Below are positions 19,050-24,890 of a stretch of 24,890 nt of DNA, piece after piece. The DNA is from a virus (Duplodnaviria > Caudoviricetes): the IMG/VR virus record IMGVR_UViG_3300027419_000448, positions 1-24,890 of that record. One strand, written 5' to 3'. The translations under genes and the position numbers were made by a program. Position 1 is the first letter of the stretch, and each line of letters opens with the position of its first letter. Under the pieces are notes generated by a model. The model saw only the letters and a list, made by a program, of their open reading frames with translations. It had not been told where the DNA came from and did not search any database.

Positions 19050-19143
19050 CCGCGTATCAAAAACCTCATAACAACCCTTCGAAACAGGGCTAATGTATAA
19101 TATATATTAGCCTCCTACCTAAGCGCTAATGATCGTTTAAGTA

Positions 19144-19287
19144 GGGGTAATAGGTTAAGAGTAAACCGCTTTGTGGTTGGCATACTGACACGCCGAATGT
19201 ATGCTTCCAAACCATACTAACAAGTAGGCGAAAAAGTGGCCTAAAGACTGCATAGAAATGTCGGTGCAAGTCCGACTTACTCCACCA
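19144..19287 (+). ncRNA. tRNA-Ala/tmRNA-like RNA (144 nt) without a canonical anticodon arm
   Basis: Acceptor GGGGTAA/TTACTCC with G3-U70, discriminator A and CCA; T-arm GTCGG-TGCAAGT-CCGAC; possible D-arm GGTT/AACC. Confidence 0.7.
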
Positions 19288-19368
19288 ACCTGTAACACTT
19301 TATCATTAATCACGACTTATTATACAGATTTAGGTATGAAACCGAGTTTACTCAGTTAAATTATACCG

Positions 19369-19396
19369 AAGGCTGGTCTCAGGGCTTGCCTTTTTT
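19369..19396 (+). terminator. Putative intrinsic terminator
   Basis: AAGGC...GCCTT stem with inner GGTC/GGCT pairs, then a T run. Confidence 0.45.
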
Positions 19397-19453
19397 ATTG
19401 GCAGAGTTATAATTAAATTGCTCTGTGAAACCATAGGCATGTTTTCGTACAAG

Positions 19454-19479
19454 AAAGGCAGCTAACCCCTGTCTTTTTT
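19454..19479 (+). terminator. Intrinsic terminator before the strong promoter
   Basis: AAAGGCAG-CTAACCC-CTGTCTTT followed by TTT. Confidence 0.6.
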
Positions 19480-19489
19480 GTTTATAAAG

Positions 19490-19498
19490 TTATCCACA
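19490..19498 (+). promoter_or_regulatory. Perfect DnaA box
   Basis: TTATCCACA, 21 nt upstream of a TTGACA. Confidence 0.6.
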
Positions 19499-19519
19499 GC
19501 TTAAATATAAATAAGGGTA

Positions 19520-19549
19520 TTGACAGGGGTATAACTTAGGGTATATAAT
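19520..19549 (+). promoter_or_regulatory. Consensus sigma70 promoter (probable early promoter)
   Basis: TTGACA 19520-25, 18-nt spacer, TATAAT 19544-49. Confidence 0.8.
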
Positions 19550-19584
19550 GACCATGTAAGATATTTAATATTAACCAAAATCTT

Positions 19585-19800
19585 ATGAAATGTGCAATAT
19601 CTACATGTGAAAATCAAGCAGTTGGCAACTTTCCTTGTTGCTCACCGCGCTGCGGAAAGTTATTTAAAGTAGTTAGAGCTATTTGTCTTGGTCCTGATAG
19701 ATTATTTGACGCTGATTTTATGAATAGTTCTAGGGGTGTAGATTACATATTACACGAACCATGGCGTAAATTAGTGTTAATTAAAGACTTAATCAAGTAA
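19585..19800 (+). CDS. Small Cys-rich hypothetical protein
   Basis: CAISTC...CCSPRC; first gene after the promoter. Confidence 0.7.
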   Translation: MKCAISTCENQAVGNFPCCSPRCGKLFKVVRAICLGPDRLFDADFMNSSRGVDYILHEPWRKLVLIKDLIK

Positions 19801-19804
19801 ATAT

Positions 19805-20374
19805 ATGAATAAAGACCTAAAAGAGAAAGCCATTGATATTAAGGGAAAGAAGTATGTTTTAGTATCTGACAGGGTTATTTACTTTAATGAACAATATCCT
19901 GACGGCTCAATTATAACTAAACTTATTTCTGAACCTAACGCTGAAACTGTAGTAGTTAAAGCGGTAATTAGGCCTAATGATAAGCAAACCTTTACTGGTT
20001 ATTCACAAGCTACTTGGGGTGAAGGTATGGTTAATAAGACTTCAGCTCTTGAAAACGCTGAAACCTCAGCAGTTGGCCGAGCCTTAGCTTTTATGGGTAT
20101 TGGTGTTATTGACAGTATCGTTAGTGTAGATGAGATTAAGAAGTCAACTTACAATGTCAAGCCTATTAATAAAGAGGTGAACATTAAGACTGAGATATTT
20201 ACTTTAGCTAAGGAATTAGCAGATAAGGTTGATCCGATTGTTGATTTAACTAAGCTACCAATACTAGAAGGATTTATCTTTGGTCAAACCAAACTTAAAT
20301 TAATTGAGGAAAACTATCAGGAAATTGTTGATAGATTAGAGATTAGACTTGAAGAAGTTAAAAATAACGAATAG
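19805..20374 (+). CDS. Rad52/Sak-like single-strand annealing protein
   Basis: IKGKKYVLV.DR...TG.SQ...SALENAETSAVGRALAFMGIG signature. Confidence 0.75.
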   Translation: MNKDLKEKAIDIKGKKYVLVSDRVIYFNEQYPDGSIITKLISEPNAETVVVKAVIRPNDKQTFTGYSQATWGEGMVNKTSALENAETSAVGRALAFMGIGVIDSIVSVDEIKKSTYNVKPINKEVNIKTEIFTLAKELADKVDPIVDLTKLPILEGFIFGQTKLKLIEENYQEIVDRLEIRLEEVKNNE

Positions 20375-20383
20375 ACTTTAATT

Positions 20384-20459
20384 GCTACTCCTGCCGAACC
20401 TTAAACTTGGGTGAAACGGGAGACGGAGTAACCTGAGCGGTGGTTACGACAGGAGTGGC
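20384..20459 (+). ncRNA. Multi-branch intergenic RNA structure, unassigned
   Basis: GCTACTCCTG/CAGGAGTGGC enclosing ACCT/GGGT and GTAACC/GGTTAC hairpins; GC-rich island. Confidence 0.5.
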
Positions 20460-20490
20460 GTTGAGTATTTAAAAACTAATTAAAACAAAT

Positions 20491-20997
20491 ATGTTAATAC
20501 AAAAATACACAAAACAAAACGGAGTTACTGTTCAAACTCATTTAAGAATGACACCTGCTGATAAGCGTAAAAGGGTGTATATAATCATCTCAGTTGGATT
20601 AATGGTCATGATTACGCATTTATGGTTTAAAAGCCTAGAAGTGCCATTAAAAACCCTTACAGCTTATCCTATAGCTAAGGTTGAAGATACCTTACAGGTG
20701 ATTTGGTTGTTAGATGCCGAAGTAACAAATTATTCAGAACTAGATAGTTGCCATACTGGTAAGTCTTGTTTAATGGCTAATGGTAAAAAAGCTCATATTG
20801 GTGCGTTAGCTTGTCCTAGAAATTTAAGATTAGGTACAAGGGTTATTATTGACAATACCCCTTATGTATGCGAAGATAGAGTTAGCCTCAAATACCCAAA
20901 TAGATTTGATATATTTGCTGGTTATGGTAAGGCTTCTTATCTTAAAGCATTAAAATATGGTAAACAAGTTAAAGAAATCGCAATTTACGAAAAATAG
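20491..20997 (+). CDS. Membrane-anchored 3D-domain (MltA-like) protein
   Basis: TM helix then VTNY...MANG...ACP...LGT.V.I...CEDR...RFDIF...ALKYG. Confidence 0.75.
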   Translation: MLIQKYTKQNGVTVQTHLRMTPADKRKRVYIIISVGLMVMITHLWFKSLEVPLKTLTAYPIAKVEDTLQVIWLLDAEVTNYSELDSCHTGKSCLMANGKKAHIGALACPRNLRLGTRVIIDNTPYVCEDRVSLKYPNRFDIFAGYGKASYLKALKYGKQVKEIAIYEK

Positions 20998-21499
20998 GGT
21001 AGCTTGGAATAAAGGAATTTTTAGAAATCGTATCATAAAAAATTGCGAAATATGCAATAAAGAATTTTCAAGAACTAAGGGATATTTTAAAAATAGAACT
21101 GGTAGATTTTGTTCAGCAAATTGTCGTAATAAATATTTTTCATTAATGCCTAAGTTTGTTGAATGTAAAATATGTGGCAAGGAGATAAAAGATAGCGCTG
21201 GAGGACAAAGGCAATATTGCTCTAGTAAGTGTTATTGGTTGTTTTTAAAAAGTCTACATAAAACCAATAAAACATATTATGTTATCTGTAGGATAAATGG
21301 TAAAAGTGTTGGTTTACATAGAGTAATAATGGAAAAATTTATTGGAAGAAAACTTGAAAAAGGTGAGATTGTTCATCATATTAATGGAAATAAAGAAGAT
21401 AATAGGATTGAAAATTTAGAATTGATTACACAATCAGAACATATTAAAAAGCATTTTAATCTAAAAAAATATGTATCAAGGAGACGTTTTCTTAAATAA
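20957..21499 (+). CDS. HNH endonuclease with Cys-rich repeats (homing-type)
   Basis: HRVIME...VHHINGNKEDNRIENL; AWNKG; CEIC/FCSANC and CKIC/YCSSKC. Confidence 0.9.
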   Translation: MVNKLKKSQFTKNRVAWNKGIFRNRIIKNCEICNKEFSRTKGYFKNRTGRFCSANCRNKYFSLMPKFVECKICGKEIKDSAGGQRQYCSSKCYWLFLKSLHKTNKTYYVICRINGKSVGLHRVIMEKFIGRKLEKGEIVHHINGNKEDNRIENLELITQSEHIKKHFNLKKYVSRRRFLK

Positions 21500-22016
21500 C
21501 TATACATCTGAGCAACTACTTAAAGAGGTTGCTTGGAGGGTTAGAAATGAACCTTTTGACCTAGACTTACATAAAAAAGGAGTTAAGTGTTTACTCTGCC
21601 AAAGGGAACGTAAGGCTTATGGTTATGAACTTAATCAAACTATGGCCGACCTTGCACTCAGGTTGTTCTCTTATTGCCGAGAAACAGGCCTACACGAGTT
21701 TTTAATGACCGAGGCGCTATCATCTGACATAGAGCATAGGTCAGAGGTATATAAACTCAAACCACTAGGCTTAATTGAAAGGGTTGGGGATAAGTGGTTT
21801 ATCACTAAAGACGGAATGGATTGGATTAATGACGATATAGAACTCCCTAGAAAGGTGTGGGTATTTGACGATAAGGTAGTTTATAAAGACCCAATTAAGA
21901 TTAGTATTTCTCAGGTAGTAGTTAATTGGAAGAGTTATCAGGATTGGATTAATGACGCTGTTGGGTTATCTTATAAGGAATTGCTTAGTAATTTGTGTGT
22001 AATTGGAGAGTATTAA
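21471..22016 (+). CDS. Hypothetical protein, possible winged-helix DNA binder
   Basis: CLLC and LKPLGLIE...WFITKDG wing-like motif. Confidence 0.6.
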   Translation: MYQGDVFLNNYTSEQLLKEVAWRVRNEPFDLDLHKKGVKCLLCQRERKAYGYELNQTMADLALRLFSYCRETGLHEFLMTEALSSDIEHRSEVYKLKPLGLIERVGDKWFITKDGMDWINDDIELPRKVWVFDDKVVYKDPIKISISQVVVNWKSYQDWINDAVGLSYKELLSNLCVIGEY

Positions 22017-22017
22017 T

Positions 22018-22446
22018 ATGAAAAACCTAAAGACAATGTTAAGTAGTAATAGTGTTGAGTGGTCAACACCGCAAGATTTTTTTGATGAACTTAATAAGGA
22101 GTTTAACTTTACTCTCGATCCTTGTGCCACAAAAGAAAACACTAAATGTCCTAAGTTTTACAATAAAGAGCAAGATGGACTTAAACAAAATTGGGATAAG
22201 GAAATAGTATTTTGTAATCCACCATACGGTTCAGAGATTAAAAATTGGGTTAAAAAAGCCTCTGAAGCTGTGGGGGTAGTAGTTATGCTTATACCAGCTA
22301 GAACTGATACTAGATATTTTCATGAGTATATTTATAAAAAGCCGAATGTTGAAATAAGATTTATTAAGGGAAGATTAAATTTTAATGGTTTACAAAAAGG
22401 TAGTGGCTCGGCCCCATTTCCAAGTATGATAGTAATTTTTAAATAA
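22018..22446 (+). CDS. Phage DNA N6-adenine methyltransferase (T1 Dam-like family)
   Basis: EWSTPQ, FTLDPCA, FCNPPY, MLIPARTDT, GRL.F, APFPS motifs; ATG 22018. Confidence 0.92.
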   Translation: MKNLKTMLSSNSVEWSTPQDFFDELNKEFNFTLDPCATKENTKCPKFYNKEQDGLKQNWDKEIVFCNPPYGSEIKNWVKKASEAVGVVVMLIPARTDTRYFHEYIYKKPNVEIRFIKGRLNFNGLQKGSGSAPFPSMIVIFK

Positions 22447-22447
22447 T

Positions 22448-22588
22448 ATGAAAACAACCCTTATATTCCCAACTATACTGATTTTATTAGACTTTGGAGC
22501 TTCAATGGTTTATCTATTAAATGGTGATATAAAACATTGTATTTATTGGTTAGCGGCTATGACATTAACTATTTGTATAACATTATGA
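22448..22588 (+). CDS. Small two-TM membrane protein (46 aa), not in the ORF track
   Basis: MKTTLIFPTILILLDFGASMVYLLNGDIKHCIYWLAAMTLTICITL; TAATATG start and ATGA overlap with the next gene. Confidence 0.75.
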   Translation: MKTTLIFPTILILLDFGASMVYLLNGDIKHCIYWLAAMTLTICITL

Positions 22589-23247
22589 AAAAATACGTCT
22601 CATTCTCTGAGCTTTACCTATTTAACAGAGACCCTAAAGAATGGCATAGGAGATATATTGATGGTATTCAATTTGAGCCGAATGATAAAATGAGATTGGG
22701 GTCGTTATTTCACAAGGCAGTAGAGAATAAATATTATGATTGGCAACACGAATTAGTTATTAATGGCTTATATAAGTACCAAAAGCCATTTGCTAAGGCT
22801 TTACAAAAGATTCAGCCATACTTACTAGGTGAGGCGGAGGGGTCATTAATAGCTAAATTACCTACAGGAGATGATATTTTATGTATATTTGACAGGTCTT
22901 CGGTTAGTGATAGAACAGTTGATGATGTTAAAACATACACTAATAATGAAGACGGCCGAGAGATGTGGAATCAATTTATAGTCGATCACCATAAACAACT
23001 AACAGTCTATGCGGTTGCTTGGTGGTTATCTAAACATCAATATCTTAGGGAGATGAGGATATTTGCTACTAACCTATCAAAAGGTAATGTACATGTTTAT
23101 AAGACTACTAGGGGGCCAGCCGACATAGCAATAGGCTTAGAATGGATTATAAATACAGTACAGAAGATAAAGAAGACTGGTTTATGGGAAAAGCGCTTAG
23201 GTTCTAAAGATATAAGCAAACTTAATAATTTAAAGTTATTTGACTAG
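22585..23247 (+). CDS. PD-(D/E)xK (RecB/Cas4-like) exonuclease
   Basis: SFSEL, LGSLFH, FD...DDVKT, QLTVYA motifs; ATG 22585. Confidence 0.8.
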   Translation: MKKYVSFSELYLFNRDPKEWHRRYIDGIQFEPNDKMRLGSLFHKAVENKYYDWQHELVINGLYKYQKPFAKALQKIQPYLLGEAEGSLIAKLPTGDDILCIFDRSSVSDRTVDDVKTYTNNEDGREMWNQFIVDHHKQLTVYAVAWWLSKHQYLREMRIFATNLSKGNVHVYKTTRGPADIAIGLEWIINTVQKIKKTGLWEKRLGSKDISKLNNLKLFD

Positions 23248-23268
23248 ATATAATAAGGGGTATATAAT
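23240..23268 (+). promoter_or_regulatory. sigma70 promoter for the DnaA-domain-IV-like gene
   Basis: TTGACT 23240-45, 17-nt spacer, TATAAT 23263-68. Confidence 0.7.
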
Positions 23269-23301
23269 GGTTATATATATTCTATAACTTAACGTATATT
23301 T

Positions 23302-23562
23302 ATGACTATCACAGAATTTGTAAAACTCTATTGTAAAAAGAAAGGTATTAGCTATGAAGCTCTTTTAAAGCATGACCGATCAATTCACTTGGTTAATCTT
23401 AGGGCTGAAATTGCCTTACTTTTAAAGAACAAATGGAATGCTAAAAATAGTGTTATTGCTATTGAACTTAATAGAGAAGTATCAGTTGTTCGTAACCTGT
23501 TGAAAAGGGGTGTTAAGCCTGGGTATAAAGAGCCTAAGAATATTAAGGGTTTATTTTCTTAA
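23302..23562 (+). CDS. Stand-alone DnaA C-terminal (domain IV)-like HTH protein
   Basis: GISYEALLKHDRSIHLVNLRAEIALLL...IAIELNREVSVV parallels the DnaA domain IV pattern (R...iv.aRqiamyL...Ig..fgRdHsTV). Confidence 0.65.
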   Translation: MTITEFVKLYCKKKGISYEALLKHDRSIHLVNLRAEIALLLKNKWNAKNSVIAIELNREVSVVRNLLKRGVKPGYKEPKNIKGLFS

Positions 23563-23731
23563 CAAGTTATTAAATAGTTGTTAATAGGTTATCAACAGGA
23601 CTGAAATAGAAATCGCTTTATTTTATAAGGTCAAATAGATTTATACACTTATCCCCCTTGATTATTATGTATTACTAATTAAGTATTTACTAAAGATTAA
23701 TACAATAAGCATTTAACTAAACTGGGGATAA
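23556..23731. other. AT-rich region with DnaA-box-like cluster, candidate replication origin
   Basis: TTATCAACA 23589, TTATACACT 23641, TTATCCCCC 23649, TTATCCCCA on minus strand 23723-31. Confidence 0.5.
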
Positions 23732-23744
23732 CCAACAATTTAAT

Positions 23745-24173
23745 ATGTATTTAGTAGAATACAAGACAAGTAAAAAGACTAGCAAATTTAATAATAAGAC
23801 ATCTTTTTATGATGGATTTTATTATCAGTCAGTATTTGAGGCTAGTCATGCAGCCGAACTAGACATGCTAAAAAAGGCTAGTTTACCTAAAGAAAAGGTA
23901 GTTGAGTGGAAAAGACAATATAAAGTGCCATTAATTGTTAATGGTTTTTTTATTGCCAATTATTATATTGATTTTTGGGTTGAGTATGCTGATGGACATA
24001 TTGAATTACACGAAACTAAAGGGTGTGAAACAGAAGTGTGGCGTTTAAAAGTTAAGTTATTAGAGGCTACATACCTCAAAGATCACCCTAACGAAACTTA
24101 TAGGGTTATTAAACAAAAGACTTATTGGCCAAATAAAAGAGGTCGGCCAAGTTTTAGTAGTAAATTTAAATAA
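23745..24173 (+). CDS. DUF1064-like PD-(D/E)xK endonuclease
   Basis: SKFNNK...DG..Y.S.FEA...RQ...YYIDF...ETKG..T....LK.KL. Confidence 0.75.
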   Translation: MYLVEYKTSKKTSKFNNKTSFYDGFYYQSVFEASHAAELDMLKKASLPKEKVVEWKRQYKVPLIVNGFFIANYYIDFWVEYADGHIELHETKGCETEVWRLKVKLLEATYLKDHPNETYRVIKQKTYWPNKRGRPSFSSKFK

Positions 24174-24191
24174 TAGAAAGGGGGTGGGTTT

Positions 24192-24374
24192 ATGAAAACA
24201 GTTAAAATAATGAGTATTATATCTTACGTTATTTGTGGTTTATCTTTTATTTGTATGTCTGCTTATAATTCACCAATAGAATATGAGGCAGCGATCGGTT
24301 GGGGAGTTATATTATTTTTTTGGACAGTAGCTTATACAGTTGTTTGCCATGTTCAAGCTAATAAACATAGTTAA
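24192..24374 (+). CDS. Small two-TM membrane protein
   Basis: Two hydrophobic helices in 60 aa. Confidence 0.65.
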   Translation: MKTVKIMSIISYVICGLSFICMSAYNSPIEYEAAIGWGVILFFWTVAYTVVCHVQANKHS

Positions 24375-24387
24375 TTAAAACGAGATA

Positions 24388-24717
24388 CATTAAGTATCTC
24401 TAAGTGGGATTGGTGGCTATAAATGTTTATATTGTTTCCGCATTAAAAGTCTTGCAAGTTGCGGAAACAAACTTAAATTACATCAATCTCACCTAGAGGT
24501 ATTTAATGGGGTAGTGAGGGCGTCAGCCCTATTACGGTCAAATACGTATGGATAGTTGGTGAAATTAACTGTTAGGATAAAAGTAACAAACGTCTAGCAA
24601 AACCGAAGACTATCTCATTAATATCTCAAAAGGCAAATAAGGGGTGGGTAGTAGTAAAGTTGCATTAAAACCAACTTCTACCTAAGTAAGTATTAGAGCC
24701 TACCCCCTTAAATGCCT
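24388..24717 (+). ncRNA. Block of three structured RNA domains, unassigned
   Basis: 28-bp plus 11-bp rod 24388-24508; multibranch 24503-24621; junction 24631-24717. Confidence 0.55.
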
Positions 24718-24734
24718 AATTAACTAATAAATAT

Positions 24735-24890
24735 ATGTATCAAATTATATGGGTTATATTGTGTGGTTTAATTGTAGGATTAAGCCGCAACTATTACTTA
24801 ACCGATCAATCTACTTGGAAGTTGGCTGTAATGGCGTTGCTTTTAGTTGCTCTAATAACATGGACGTCTGAACTTTTATTTAAAAAATAG
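24735..24890 (+). CDS. Small two-TM membrane protein (51 aa), not in the ORF track
   Basis: MYQIIWVILCGLIVGLSRNYYLTDQSTWKLAVMALLLVALITWTSELLFKK; stop TAG is the last codon of the window. Confidence 0.7.
   Translation: MYQIIWVILCGLIVGLSRNYYLTDQSTWKLAVMALLLVALITWTSELLFKK

Noticed and set aside
19088-19112. Dedicated promoter for the tRNA-like RNA (TATAAT 19096 inside a GGCTAAT/ATTAGCC inverted repeat)
   Set aside because: No convincing -35 element at proper spacing; possible but not supportable from sequence alone.
19144-19287. Ordinary tRNA-Ala gene
   Set aside because: Twice normal length and no 7-nt anticodon loop with an NGC anticodon in the expected position.
20386-20430. Hammerhead variant (CTGCCGA...GAAA)
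   Set aside because: Core deviates from CUGANGA, stem III is only 2 bp, and no UH cleavage site is correctly placed.
1083-21180. Minus-strand and nested alternative-frame ORFs in the track (e.g. 1083, 1856, 2835, 3845, 5859, 6767, 8469, 9497, 11468, 12323, 12957, 13004, 13448, 15517, 20950)
   Set aside because: All overlap well-supported + strand genes and show no recognisable motifs; treated as shadow ORFs.
22585-23247. CRISPR-associated Cas4 or a CRISPR array
   Set aside because: No repeat-spacer array or other cas genes seen, and no four-Cys Fe-S pattern; fits an ordinary phage exonuclease.
1-24890. Stop-codon reassignment (code 15 or 25)
   Set aside because: Genes are intact and densely packed under code 11, and TAG and TGA both end genes at tight junctions.

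Overview
This window looks like a complete or near-complete, AT-rich, podovirus-like (P22-type architecture) tailed-phage genome of about 24.9 kb, with all credible genes on the + strand. It opens 4 nt before the small terminase start and ends exactly on a stop codon, consistent with a circular genome opened at terS. Gene order: terS, terL, small genes, portal, accessory virion proteins, scaffold, major capsid (with a large insertion), tail/adaptor, ejection proteins, M23 endolysin and holin, a cassette of three small genes, a structured non-coding block, then a promoter-led module (Rad52/Sak-like annealase, 3D-domain protein, HNH, adenine methyltransferase, PD-(D/E)xK nucleases, stand-alone DnaA-domain-IV-like protein). 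I recognise no integrase, polymerase, helicase or primase. Most genes lack Shine-Dalgarno sites while promoters are canonical sigma70, suggesting by inference a Patescibacteria/CPR-like host. The main observations are: (i) a 144-nt RNA (19144-19287) with tRNA-Ala/tmRNA ends (G3-U70, T-arm, ACCA), no normal anticodon arm and a possible 5-codon tag, a candidate minimal tmRNA or tRNA mimic set within mutually exclusive helices; (ii) a mini-DnaA-like gene followed by a cluster of DnaA-box-like sites; (iii) several G-U-rich intergenic RNA structures, including a pseudoknot after the capsid gene. All family assignments are by eye; no searches were run.
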